Shown piece after piece: positions 1-9,007 of a stretch of DNA of 64,000 nucleotides. The DNA lies in the NCBI GenBank assembly GCA_964509845.1, contig CAZDZG010000001.1, forward strand, positions 4,078 through 68,077, written 5' to 3'. Each line of letters opens with the position of its first letter. Positions within the stretch are counted from its first letter, which is position 1. The DNA is from Candidatus Hadarchaeota archaeon (lineage in GTDB: Archaea > Hadarchaeota > Hadarchaeia > Hadarchaeales > WYZ-LMO6). A model generated the notes under the pieces. That model was not told where the DNA came from. It worked only from the letters and a program-made list of their open reading frames with translations, and ran no database searches. A program made the position numbers and the translations under genes.

Positions 1-526
1 CAGCGTCGAAGGGTATCCTGGCCCTGCCCTTCTCCATGTCTAGGGCATCCGCTATGCAGAGGATTCCGGCTTCTTTGGTCAGGCAGGCCCCCGAGTAGTG
101 GGAGGTTATGGCATGCAGCACCTCGGCCAGGATGACGGCCCTCTCCTCCGGGGGATAATCGTATAGGAGCTTCTGGACGAAGTGGACGGCCAGCATGGCG
201 CTGTATTTCTCATGCCCCTCCCGCTGGGCCACCATCCCGAGGTCGTGAAGGATGGCGGCCAGGAAGATCACGATTTCAGAGTCCTCCTTGGAAAGGTGGT
301 GATCCCTCACCACCCCGGGCTTCTCCACCCCCTCCAGCAGCTGGGCCAGGCGAAGGGCGGCGTTGGCCACGATTTTAACATGAACGGGGCCATGATCGGT
401 GAAGCCCAGCCGGTCTATGGCCATCACGTTGGCGCATCTCCACAGTTCTTCCAGCTCCCTGTCGTTTTCCACCCTCTGGATGAGCTTCTTAAGCTTTTCG
501 TTTTCCGTAGGTATGTTGAGCTTCAT
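1..526 (-). CDS. HD-domain phosphohydrolase, 5'-partial: the gene runs off the window start and the N-terminus begins at ATG 526
   Basis: Manual reverse-strand translation gives MKLNIPTENEKLKKLIQRVEND...HVKIVANAALRLAQLL...ILHDLGM...ITSHY...IADALDM, which carries HD-superfamily His/Asp motifs. It is absent from the ORF track because there is no stop inside the window. Confidence 0.6.
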   Translation of the reverse strand, partial: MKLNIPTENEKLKKLIQRVENDRELEELWRCANVMAIDRLGFTDHGPVHVKIVANAALRLAQLLEGVEKPGVVRDHHLSKEDSEIVIFLAAILHDLGMVAQREGHEKYSAMLAVHFVQKLLYDYPPEERAVILAEVLHAITSHYSGACLTKEAGILCIADALDMEKGRARIPFDA

Positions 527-679
527 CTTTATCCCTCGAGAGATCGCCGGGATTTAATCCTTCCTTCATCTCCTTTACTTTGTTGCGCTCCGAACCTCGC
601 TGGTCCGGATGGAACACCTGCATCGTGGAGGAGCTCAGGCTCAGCATGAAATCGGATAACGTCAAGATACATCTCTGAG

Positions 680-1729
680 TCAGAAGTACTCTCCCACCCT
701 CTCCAGAGCCCTGGCCACCAGCTCGCTGGCGGCCTTGAGGTCGGAAAGATCCAGCACTTCCACTCCGGAGTGGAGGTAGCGGGTGGGGATGCTTATCACC
801 CCCGTGGGGATTCCCGCCCTGGTGAGGGAGATGGCGGTGGCGTCGGTGGTTCCTCCCCTGGCCACGTCCAGCTGGTAGGGGATCCCGTGGGCCTCAGCGG
901 TTTCCGTGAGCCAGCGGAGCACCTTCTCCGAGACGATGATGCCCCTGCCACTGGCATCCGTGACGGTGAGGGAGGGGCCCTTCCCCAGCTCCAGCGAGGA
1001 GTCCTTCTTCTCCATGCCAGGATAATCCCCCGGTAGGGAGACATCCAGGGCTAGGGCTACGGAGGGCTGGAGGCCGAAGGCGGAGGTCCGGGCCCCTTTG
1101 AGCCCCACCTCTTCCTGCACCGTCCCCACCGCGTACAGGGTATGCCTGCTTTTGGTGTTTTTGATGGCCTCTATCATCACCGCCAGCCCCGCCCTGTTGT
1201 CAAAGGCCTTCCCCGTGATCCTTCCTCCGAGGAGGGGCCTCACCTGGCGGTCCAGGCAGGCCACGGACCCCACCCCTATGCCTGCCTCCCTCACCTCGGC
1301 CTCGCTTCTGGCCCCCACATCGATGAACATGTTCTCCACCTTCACCGGTTTCTTCCTTTCCTCCTCCTCCAGCAGGTGAGGGGGTTTGGAGCCTATCACC
1401 CCGTAGACGGGGCCCTTCTTCGTGCGGAAGACCACCCTTTCGTTCAGGAGGGTCTGATCGAACCATCCACCCAAGGGAACGAACCTTATGAAGCCCTTCT
1501 CGTCGATGTGCTTGACCATGAGTCCTATCTCGTCCATGTGTGCCGCTATCATGCAGGAAGGTTCGGAGCCCCTCCTCACGGCGATCAGGTTGCCCATGGT
1601 GTCTCTTCTTATCTCATCCACATATCCCTGCAGCTCCCCCCTTACCACCTCAGCCACCTCGTCCTCCCTTCCCGAAACCCCTACGGCATTGGAAAGCCTC
1701 TCCAGCAACTCTTCGATTCCGGCCATCAC
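680..1729 (-). CDS. M42-family metallo-aminopeptidase (TET/FrvX-like)
   Basis: 349-aa ORF with the conserved M42 pattern (HMDEIG...GKAFDNRAG...EEVGLKGA...GGTTDA). Confidence 0.8.
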   Translation of the reverse strand: MMAGIEELLERLSNAVGVSGREDEVAEVVRGELQGYVDEIRRDTMGNLIAVRRGSEPSCMIAAHMDEIGLMVKHIDEKGFIRFVPLGGWFDQTLLNERVVFRTKKGPVYGVIGSKPPHLLEEEERKKPVKVENMFIDVGARSEAEVREAGIGVGSVACLDRQVRPLLGGRITGKAFDNRAGLAVMIEAIKNTKSRHTLYAVGTVQEEVGLKGARTSAFGLQPSVALALDVSLPGDYPGMEKKDSSLELGKGPSLTVTDASGRGIIVSEKVLRWLTETAEAHGIPYQLDVARGGTTDATAISLTRAGIPTGVISIPTRYLHSGVEVLDLSDLKAASELVARALERVGEYF

Positions 1730-1784
1730 TCCCTTTCTCCGCCTCGCTCAAAAAGTTTTTTCCCGGGAAGGGAACAGAAGGGGG

Positions 1785-2528
1785 ATGAAGGTGGTTTACG
1801 ATGAGAGATTTCGCACCGTTTACTCCTCCGATCCGGCCTCGGCTCCGGGCAGGATGGAGGCCATCGTGAAGGAGCTCGGCGGCTTCGAGTTCGTGAAACC
1901 CGAGCCGGCCTCCGAGGAAGAGATTTTGCTGGTTCACTCCCCCTCCCATCTGGAGAGGGTGAAGGCCCTGCCCTCCGTCTACCCCCTGGCCCTCCTGGCA
2001 GCGGGAGGGGCCATAAAGGCCTCGGAGCTGGCGGTGAGAGGGGAGCCCTCCTTCGCCCTCATCCGGCCTCCAGGGCATCATGCGGGACCAAGCAGCTGCT
2101 GGGGCTTCTGCTACTTCAACAACCTGGCCATCTCCCTCCGCAGGCTGCTGAGGCTGGGAAGGATCAGGAAGGGGGCGGTGGTGGATTTTGATCTCCACTA
2201 CGGAGATGGTACGGCCTCCATCTTTTCTGGCTCCCGGGAGGTTTCCTATCATCATGCGGAAGGGACGAGGGAGGAGATCCTGGAGGGAATAGCCTCTTTC
2301 CTGGAGAAAGGGGACTACGAGGTAATAGCGGTCTCGGCCGGGTTTGACAACCACTTGGAGGACTGGGGAGGGACCCTCAGCACCGATGACTACAGGGAGA
2401 TAGGGGAGACGGTGAAGGAGTGGTCCCTGAGGAAGTGTGGGGGGAGGAGGTACGGGGTGCTGGAGGGCGGATACAACCTCTCCGTCCTGGGCCGGAACGT
2501 CAGGGCCTTCCTGGAGGGTTTCGGATGA
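1785..2528 (+). CDS. Compact histone-deacetylase/acetoin-utilisation (arginase-deacetylase fold) family protein
   Basis: RPPGHHA, DFDLHYGDGT and EGGY motifs are present. The start was moved to the internal ATG at 1785, which has a GAAGGGGG Shine-Dalgarno; the upstream part of the track ORF is antisense to the M42 gene. Confidence 0.7.
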   Translation: MKVVYDERFRTVYSSDPASAPGRMEAIVKELGGFEFVKPEPASEEEILLVHSPSHLERVKALPSVYPLALLAAGGAIKASELAVRGEPSFALIRPPGHHAGPSSCWGFCYFNNLAISLRRLLRLGRIRKGAVVDFDLHYGDGTASIFSGSREVSYHHAEGTREEILEGIASFLEKGDYEVIAVSAGFDNHLEDWGGTLSTDDYREIGETVKEWSLRKCGGRRYGVLEGGYNLSVLGRNVRAFLEGFG

Positions 2529-3586
2529 GGGAAGGGGAGGAACTCAGGGCTTTCCGCCACGAGGTCGGACCCATCCGTCCCCCCTCGGAGGGAGGAAACA
2601 GCTCGTTGCTCCTCAGGGTGACCAGAAACTGTCCTTGGTCTCTCTGCAAGTTCTGCTACGGTAAGCCCTACGGAAGGGGGAGGTTCTCAATCAGGGGGGT
2701 GGAGGAGGTGAAGGAGGAGGTGAGGAGGCTGGGCAGGGCCGTGGAGGTTCTGGAGCGGATGGGGGAGAGGGCCTGGGAGTTCCTTTTCAGCCTGCCCGAG
2801 GAGGAGAGGGGGGGCCTTCACAACCTCTTCTCCTGGTTCTTTTCGGGGAGGAAGACGGTTTTCCTGCAGGATGCCGACACCCTCCTGGTACCCACCCCCA
2901 GGCTGGTGGAGATCCTGGAGGAGGTGAGAAGGAGGCTGGGGGAGATGGAGAGAATCACCTGTTATGCCAGGGGCAGGTCGCTCTTCAGGAAACCTGAGCG
3001 GGAGCTCAGGCAACTCAGGGAAGCGGGGCTCTCCAGACTCCACGTGGGCCTAGAAAGCGGGGACGAGGAGGTGCTGAGGAGGATGAACAAGGGCCTAACC
3101 CCCACCGAGGTGGTGGAGGGAGGGAGGAGGGCTAGGGAGGCGGGCTTGCAGCTCTCCCTTTACTACATCTTGGGGCTCGGTGGGGAGGAAAGGTGGGAGG
3201 AGCACGCCAGGGAAACGGCGAGGGTCATCAACGAGGTGGATCCGGAGTTCGTAAGGGTGAGGAGGCTTGTCCCGTTAAGGGGGACCCCGCTCTTCAGGGA
3301 GGTGGAGGAGGGAATCTTCAGACTGCAGAGCCCCCACGGGGAGCTGAGGGAGCTGAAACTGCTGGTGGAAGAGCTGGAATTCTCGGGAAGGCTCTGCTTC
3401 GACCACTTTGCCAATCCTTTCTACCTCACCCCGCGGGGACCAAGATGGCTGCTGAAGCAGGATTACGACGGCTATCTTTTCCCCCGGGAGAAGGAGGAGG
3501 TCCTGAAAAGAATAGAGGAGGGATTGGAGATAGAGGAAACTCTCTACGTTAGCTCGGCGGACCTCTCCTCCCTGGAGATCCTCTGA
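2525..3586 (+). CDS. Radical SAM enzyme with a non-canonical Cx4Cx2C cluster motif (Elp3-related, stand-alone, no GNAT domain)
   Basis: Motif NCPWSLCKFCYG followed by a radical-SAM core (FLQDADT...HVGLESGDEEVL...ILGLGGE). Its start overlaps the HDAC stop as ATGA. Confidence 0.65.
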   Translation: MREGEELRAFRHEVGPIRPPSEGGNSSLLLRVTRNCPWSLCKFCYGKPYGRGRFSIRGVEEVKEEVRRLGRAVEVLERMGERAWEFLFSLPEEERGGLHNLFSWFFSGRKTVFLQDADTLLVPTPRLVEILEEVRRRLGEMERITCYARGRSLFRKPERELRQLREAGLSRLHVGLESGDEEVLRRMNKGLTPTEVVEGGRRAREAGLQLSLYYILGLGGEERWEEHARETARVINEVDPEFVRVRRLVPLRGTPLFREVEEGIFRLQSPHGELRELKLLVEELEFSGRLCFDHFANPFYLTPRGPRWLLKQDYDGYLFPREKEEVLKRIEEGLEIEETLYVSSADLSSLEIL

Positions 3587-3588
3587 GC

Positions 3589-3768
3589 TCACTCGGGGAA
3601 GGTTATGGCGCCGGTGGTGCAGACGGCCTCGCAGGCCCTGCAGTCCACGCACTCGTCGGGCTTCGTCACCCTGGCCTTCTTGTTATTCAGCTCTATCACG
3701 CTGACGGGACAGGCGTTCACACACTCCCCACAACCCGAGCATTTCTCCTGATCTATCTTGGGTGGCAT
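3589..3768 (-). CDS. 2x[4Fe-4S] ferredoxin, 59 aa (not in the ORF track)
   Basis: Manual translation gives MPPKIDQEKCSGCGECVNACPVSVIELNNKKARVTKPDECVDCRACEAVCTTGAITFPE, with two CxxCxxCxxxCP motifs. Confidence 0.75.
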   Translation of the reverse strand: MPPKIDQEKCSGCGECVNACPVSVIELNNKKARVTKPDECVDCRACEAVCTTGAITFPE

Positions 3769-3789
3769 CCTCTCAGTAATCCGGAAAGG

Positions 3790-3797
3790 TATTTAAA
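3790..3797 (-). promoter_or_regulatory. TATA-like element (TTTAAATA on the minus strand) about 25 nt upstream of the ferredoxin start
   Basis: Archaeal TATA consensus in the 55-nt gap between feoB and the ferredoxin gene. Confidence 0.3.
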
Positions 3798-3823
3798 GGT
3801 TATCTAAGGTGGCGGTCCCGACC

Positions 3824-5734
3824 CTAGCTCAGACCGGCCAGGGTGAGGACCCTGAACATCACCCCTCCCAGCCAGAGGGCGAAGAGGCTCTCCGAAAGGG
3901 CTATGAGCAGGGATCTCTTCCAGCCCACCTCCTTCACCAGGGCCGCCAGCGTGGCCACGCAGGGGAAGTAAAACATGGTCACGGTGGCAAAGACGATCAT
4001 CTGGGCCTTGGTGAGGTGCAGGGTGAGGTCGGATCCCAGGAGGAGAGTGAGCATGATGAGGGTCAGTTCCTTCCTGAGCACGCCGAAGAGAAGGACCGCC
4101 CCCGCCACCGCCGGCAGGCCCAGCCAGCCCGCGGTGACGGGACTCAGGGAATCGGAGAGGGAGTCCAGGAGCCCCGTCACCCTCAGGGCCGTGAGGAGAA
4201 GGCTTCCACCTAGGATGAAGGGAAGGGCCAGGTAAAGGAAGTCTTTGGTTCTCTCCCAGCTACCCCTGAGCACCGTGGGAAGGTGGGGGCGGCGGTAGGG
4301 GGGGATCTCCAGGATGAGACCCATGGGCTCCCCCGGAAGCACCTTGTAGGCCAGCCTTCCCAGAAGCAGGATCACGAGCAGATCCAGCAGGTAGAGGCCC
4401 AGCGCCCAGCCTATTCCCACGAACCTTCCCACCAGCCCCAGGATCACCACGGTGCGGGCGGCACAGGGCACCAGCGTGGAAAGGAAGATGGAGAGGGTCC
4501 TCTCCCTCTCCGTTTCCATGATCCTGCAGCTCAGGCAGGCGGGGACGTTGCAGCCGTATCCCAGCAGGAGGGGAATGAAGGCCTTCCCGTGCACCCCCAT
4601 CTTGTGCATCAGCCCGTCCATCAGGAAAGCCGCCCGGGCCAGGTATCCCGTGTCCTCCAGCAGGGTCAGGAGCACGTAGAAGGGGAGGACGAAGGGAAGG
4701 GCAATGGTCAGGCCCGCCAGGATGCCCCCCAGCACCCCCTCCCCCACCAGCTCCCCTAGCCTCTGCGAGGTGGCCCTCACCAGCGGATCGGTTATCTCCT
4801 CCAGGACCCCCCCTACCCTTGAGCCTACCCAGAAGACCAGGAGGAAGAGGGACAAGAAAACGGTGGCCAAAATGGGATAGCCCAGGACGGGATGGGTGGT
4901 GAGGGCATCGAGCTTCTCCTCCGGGAGGGGATGCGGGGAGAGCTCCTGGCACCTCCTCGCTATCCTGCTGGCCCACTGGTATCGGTGGGAGGTGAGGAGG
5001 AGCTGGATCCCCTCCCCGTACAACCTCTCCAGCTCGCGGGCGTACAGGTCAGCCAGTTCTACCGCTTCGGGTGAGCTCCTTCTGACCAGTCTCCTCACCT
5101 CCTCGTCCCCCTCGAGGAGCCTCAGGGCCACCCACCTGGGGGGATACCTGAGCTTCCCCCTCAGGAGGGGAAGGAGGTGGGAGACCCTCCTCTCGATCTC
5201 CCTTCCGTACCGGAACTCCCTGGGCCTCGCCCTCCTCCCCTCGGCCACCTCTAGGGCCTTCTCCAGCAGGGCCTGGATTCCCCTTCCCCTGATGGCCACG
5301 GTGGGGACGACGGGGACCCCCAGCAGCTTCTCCAGCTCCTTAGGGTCCACCCTTATGCCTTTCCTCCGGGCCACATCCATCTGGTTCAGGGCTATCACCA
5401 TCTTGGGCCCCAGCTCCAGCAACTGCAGGGTGAAGAAGAGGTTCCTCTCCAGCGCAGAAGCGTCCACCACGTTGATCACCACGTCCGGTCTCTCCTCGGC
5501 GATGTACTCCCTGGAGATCCTCTCCTCCAGCGAGAAGGAGGAGAGGGAGTAGACGCCAGGAAGATCCACCACGTCTATGAACCTACCCCGGAAGTACAGG
5601 CTCCCCTCCCTCTTCTCCACCGTCTTCCCTGGCCAGTTCCCCACGTGCTGGTGGAGTCCAGTTAGATGGTTGAAGATCACCGACTTTCCCACGTTGGCGT
5701 TGCCTGCCAGGGCTATCCGGAGCTTGGGTTTCAT
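3824..5734 (-). CDS. feoB: Ferrous iron transporter FeoB (N-terminal G-domain plus membrane domain)
   Basis: GNANVGKS G1 motif followed by a long polytopic membrane region; 636 aa. Confidence 0.9.
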   Translation of the reverse strand: MKPKLRIALAGNANVGKSVIFNHLTGLHQHVGNWPGKTVEKREGSLYFRGRFIDVVDLPGVYSLSSFSLEERISREYIAEERPDVVINVVDASALERNLFFTLQLLELGPKMVIALNQMDVARRKGIRVDPKELEKLLGVPVVPTVAIRGRGIQALLEKALEVAEGRRARPREFRYGREIERRVSHLLPLLRGKLRYPPRWVALRLLEGDEEVRRLVRRSSPEAVELADLYARELERLYGEGIQLLLTSHRYQWASRIARRCQELSPHPLPEEKLDALTTHPVLGYPILATVFLSLFLLVFWVGSRVGGVLEEITDPLVRATSQRLGELVGEGVLGGILAGLTIALPFVLPFYVLLTLLEDTGYLARAAFLMDGLMHKMGVHGKAFIPLLLGYGCNVPACLSCRIMETERERTLSIFLSTLVPCAARTVVILGLVGRFVGIGWALGLYLLDLLVILLLGRLAYKVLPGEPMGLILEIPPYRRPHLPTVLRGSWERTKDFLYLALPFILGGSLLLTALRVTGLLDSLSDSLSPVTAGWLGLPAVAGAVLLFGVLRKELTLIMLTLLLGSDLTLHLTKAQMIVFATVTMFYFPCVATLAALVKEVGWKRSLLIALSESLFALWLGGVMFRVLTLAGLS

Positions 5735-5736
5735 CT

Positions 5737-6354
5737 CTACACCGAGGGCTTGACGAAGATTCTGGAGGCCAGGCCCTTTCCCACCGCCAGGGTGGTACCC
5801 CTGACCTTGAGCATCAGGGGACCCCGGAAGAGGGCGGATTTCAGCACCTCCACCTCCGTCCCCGGGAGGATCCCCAGCTCGGCCAGCCTGCGGCAGGAGG
5901 AGCCCCCTCCCAGCAGGAGGGAAACGGTTCCCTTCTGGCCCTCGAGCAGGGCCGTCAGGGGAAGGGAACCTTCGGGGACCCCCTCCGGGAGGTTCTGGCT
6001 CTCCACCTGGCGGTGAAGGGCCACCTCCACCTCATCAGGGATGTGGTGCTCCAGCTCGCAGGCCTTCCGATGGGCCTGCGAAGGGGAGAGACCCAGCGTG
6101 CTCAAGAACCTTTCCATCACCCTGTGTTTTCGCAGGATGTTCTTCCCCACCCTCTCCCCTTTTCGGGTGAGGACCACCCCCCGGTAGGGCTGGTGCCTAA
6201 GATAGCCCTCCCTAGCCAGCTTCTTCAGCATGGAGGTGGCGCTTGGGGGGGTAACTCCGAGCTCCTTGGCCACCCTTCCCGTGGTGATCCTCACCCCCCT
6301 CTCCTTCAGACGGTACAGGGCCTCCAGGTACTCCTCGGAGCTTTCGGTGACCAT
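5737..6354 (-). CDS. DtxR/MntR-family metal-dependent repressor fused to a C-terminal FeoA (SH3-like) domain
   Basis: N-terminal DtxR helix-turn-helix and metal-binding region, C-terminal FeoA-like GQKGTVSLL...GILPGTEVEV. Its stop lies 2 nt before the feoB start. Confidence 0.8.
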   Translation of the reverse strand: MVTESSEEYLEALYRLKERGVRITTGRVAKELGVTPPSATSMLKKLAREGYLRHQPYRGVVLTRKGERVGKNILRKHRVMERFLSTLGLSPSQAHRKACELEHHIPDEVEVALHRQVESQNLPEGVPEGSLPLTALLEGQKGTVSLLLGGGSSCRRLAELGILPGTEVEVLKSALFRGPLMLKVRGTTLAVGKGLASRIFVKPSV

Positions 6355-6358
6355 CTGA

Positions 6359-6380
6359 AAATTTAGATAAGTCTAAATTT
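6359..6380. promoter_or_regulatory. Perfect 22-bp palindrome AAATTTAGA-TAAG-TCTAAATTT, candidate DtxR operator overlapping the dtxR TATA
   Basis: 9-bp inverted arms with a 4-bp spacer, located 5-26 nt upstream of the dtxR start codon in the divergent intergenic region. Confidence 0.5.
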
Positions 6381-6449
6381 AAATTTATCCGCCGTGTTTC
6401 AACAACAGTAACGCTTATAACCGGCTCTCCCCATCCGTCTTGGGAGGGG

Positions 6450-7703
6450 ATGAAGATCCTTTACTTCTCCTTCGAGTATCCCCCCTTCCTGGTGGGGGGC
6501 CTGGGGACCTACGCCTATGAGATGGCCAGACGCATCGCCAGAAGAGGTCACAGCGTCACCGTCTTCGCCAAGAACCCCGGCAACCTTCCCACCTCGGACC
6601 TGGAGGAAGGGGTGGAGATCCACAGGCCCCTTACGGTGGATGCCACCGATCTCCTCCCCCTCATCGTTCCCGAGGACGTGAAACGCTGGCCCCCCTATGC
6701 CCAGACCTACTTCGCCGAGGTCTTCGTTTACAACATCCTCTCCTCCACCAAGGTCTGCAACCAGCTGGTGAGGGCGGAGCAAAGGAACTTCGACCTGATA
6801 GTGGCCCATGACTGGATCTCGGGGATGGCGGGGATCACCTGCAAAAAGGATCTGAAAAAGCCCTTCGTGTTCCACCTGCACTCCGTGGAGGAGGGAAGGG
6901 TGGGGGATGGCTCACCCACGGTCAAGAACCTGGAGAGGCTGACCGCCAAAACGGCGCAGGTGGTGATCACGGTGAGCTACGCCATGAGGGATCAGCTCAT
7001 CTCGCTGGGATACGAGGAGGGAAAGATCAGGGTGATCTACAACGGGGTGGACGAGAGGAAGTACGATCCCTCCACGGTGAAGGAGGAGGAGGTGATGGAG
7101 CTGAGGAAGAAGCTGGGCGTGGGGGAGGATCCCATGATACTCTTCATCGGGAGGCTATCGTGGGTGAAGGGGGCCGATGCGCTGGTGAGGGCCATGCCCC
7201 TCATCCTGGCGGAGGTTCCAAACGCCAAGCTGGTCATCCTCGGGAAAGGAGAACAGGAAAGGATGCTGAGGGACCTGATAAGGCAGCTGGGGGTGGAGAA
7301 AAACGTGATTACGGAGTTCCAATACGTGAGCGAGAGGGAGAGGATCCTGCATTACGCAGCGGCCGATGTGGCCGTGTTTCCCTCCAAGTACGAGCCCTTT
7401 GGGATCGTGGCCACGGAGGCCATGAGTATGGGCAAACCGGTGGTGGTGGGGGCGAAGGGGGTCTCCGGCCTCAGGGAACAGGTGATTTCCTCCGGGCCGG
7501 AGAGGTGCGGGGCCCACGTGGATCCGGACGACCCCCGCGATATAGCCAAGTTCACGGTGGAAATCCTGAAGGATGAAAAGCTCAGGAAAGAGCTGGGCAG
7601 GAATGCCAGAAAGAGGGTACTAGAGAGGTTCACCCTGGACCGTACCGCGGACAACACCCTGAGGGTATACGAAGAGGTCCTGCAGAACAACTCCGCCGGT
7701 TGA
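6450..7703 (+). CDS. GT4-family glycosyltransferase (glycogen/trehalose-synthase-like)
   Basis: N-terminal FEYPPFLVGGLG and a C-terminal GT1/GT4 EPFG motif. Confidence 0.75.
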   Translation: MKILYFSFEYPPFLVGGLGTYAYEMARRIARRGHSVTVFAKNPGNLPTSDLEEGVEIHRPLTVDATDLLPLIVPEDVKRWPPYAQTYFAEVFVYNILSSTKVCNQLVRAEQRNFDLIVAHDWISGMAGITCKKDLKKPFVFHLHSVEEGRVGDGSPTVKNLERLTAKTAQVVITVSYAMRDQLISLGYEEGKIRVIYNGVDERKYDPSTVKEEEVMELRKKLGVGEDPMILFIGRLSWVKGADALVRAMPLILAEVPNAKLVILGKGEQERMLRDLIRQLGVEKNVITEFQYVSERERILHYAAADVAVFPSKYEPFGIVATEAMSMGKPVVVGAKGVSGLREQVISSGPERCGAHVDPDDPRDIAKFTVEILKDEKLRKELGRNARKRVLERFTLDRTADNTLRVYEEVLQNNSAG

Positions 7704-7704
7704 T

Positions 7705-7740
7705 CCCTCGTGTCATGAGGGTGGGCGGGTCCGTCTGTTT
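7705..7740 (+). terminator. Hairpin CCCTC-gtgtcat-GAGGG followed by a T-rich tract, immediately after the GT4 stop
   Basis: Inverted repeat seen directly; archaeal terminators are oligo-T based, so this call is weak. Confidence 0.25.
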
Positions 7741-7849
7741 CGGGTGCCGGGGGAAGGTTTGGGTCACCTGGGGCCGGACTCCTAGAGGCGGGTTCACGGT
7801 AACCTGAACCTCAAGCTATTTTCCGAAGAATGTACAGAAATGGAAATGG

Positions 7850-9007
7850 ATGAGGGTGGCAATGCTGGCCTGGGAGTCCATGCACTCCATCTGGATAGGG
7901 GGACTGGGAGTGGTGGTCAGCAAGCTCTCGGAGGAGCTTGCCAGGAGGGGCCACGAGGTTCACCTCTTCACCAGGTGGGCGGAGGGGCAGGAGGAGCACC
8001 AGGAGGTGGGGGGAGTCCACTACCACCGATGCAAGTTCGACCCAGGCCACGACCTTCTCTCCTTCGCCCACAACATGTCCCATGCCATGGTAGCCGCCCT
8101 GAAGTGGGTGGAGGGGAGGGAGGGGAGGTTTGACCTCATCCACGGCCACGATTGGCACGTGGTGGAGGCCCTTCGCTTGCTCAAGCAGGAAGGAAGACCT
8201 CTGGTTTTCACCTATCACTCCACCGAGTACGGCAGGAACGGGAACAAGTTCGGGGAATGGCGGGAGTTCAGGGAGATCTCCGAGAGGGAGTGGTACGGGG
8301 GGTACCTGGCGGACAGGGTGACCACCGTCTCGGCCTACCTGAAGAGGGAGGTGTGCTGGCTTTACCGCCTGCCGGAGGAGAAGGTGGAGGTGGTGCCCAA
8401 CGCCGTGGTGGCGGAGGAGTTCAGGAGGGAGGTGGATCCCGAGAAGGTGAAGGGGGAGTATGGGCTCCCTTCCGGTCCCCTGGTAGTATTCCCGGGTCGC
8501 CTGGAGTACCAGAAGGGTCCCGATCTCCTGCTGGAGGCCATCCCCAGGGTGCTGGAGAGGAGGGAAGCGGGTTTCGCCTTCACGGGAACCGGAAGCATGA
8601 GGGGGGGACTGGAGCAGAGGGCGAGGGAGCTGGGAGTGGCGCACGTTGTCAGGTTCGTGGGCTTCCTCCCCTTCCAGAAGTACGTGGAGCTCCTCAACGC
8701 CTGCGACCTGGTCTGCATACCCAGCCGCAACGAGCCCTTCGGTATCGTGCTTCTCGAGGCCTGGGCGGCGGGAAAGCCGGTGGTGGCCACCGGGGTTGGG
8801 GGTCTGGACGAAAACCTGGAGAACATGGCGGAGGGGATAAAGGTCCCCCCCCAGCCCGACTCCCTGGCCTGGGCGATCAACTATCTCCTGGATTCCCCCT
8901 CCGAGAGGGAGAGGATGGCGGGGAACGCCAGGGAGAGGGTCAAAAAGTTCACCTGGTCGAGATCCGTGGATAAGCTTCTGGATGTTTACGGGAGCATCCT
9001 GAGCTGA
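7850..9007 (+). CDS. Second GT4-family glycosyltransferase (glycogen-synthase-like)
   Basis: IGGLGVVV near the N-terminus and EPFG...G in the C-terminal half. Confidence 0.75.
   Translation: MRVAMLAWESMHSIWIGGLGVVVSKLSEELARRGHEVHLFTRWAEGQEEHQEVGGVHYHRCKFDPGHDLLSFAHNMSHAMVAALKWVEGREGRFDLIHGHDWHVVEALRLLKQEGRPLVFTYHSTEYGRNGNKFGEWREFREISEREWYGGYLADRVTTVSAYLKREVCWLYRLPEEKVEVVPNAVVAEEFRREVDPEKVKGEYGLPSGPLVVFPGRLEYQKGPDLLLEAIPRVLERREAGFAFTGTGSMRGGLEQRARELGVAHVVRFVGFLPFQKYVELLNACDLVCIPSRNEPFGIVLLEAWAAGKPVVATGVGGLDENLENMAEGIKVPPQPDSLAWAINYLLDSPSERERMAGNARERVKKFTWSRSVDKLLDVYGSILS

Noticed and set aside
182-649. 155-aa plus-strand ORF at the window start
   Set aside because: It is antisense to the HD-domain gene (1-526, minus) and its composition is a GC-rich artefact.
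1488-1784. Upstream extension of the HDAC ORF
   Set aside because: It is antisense to the M42 peptidase coding sequence, whereas the internal ATG at 1785 has a strong Shine-Dalgarno.
4260-4976. 238-aa minus-strand Gly/Pro-rich ORF and other nested ORFs within feoB
   Set aside because: These are alternate-frame artefacts inside the well-supported feoB gene.
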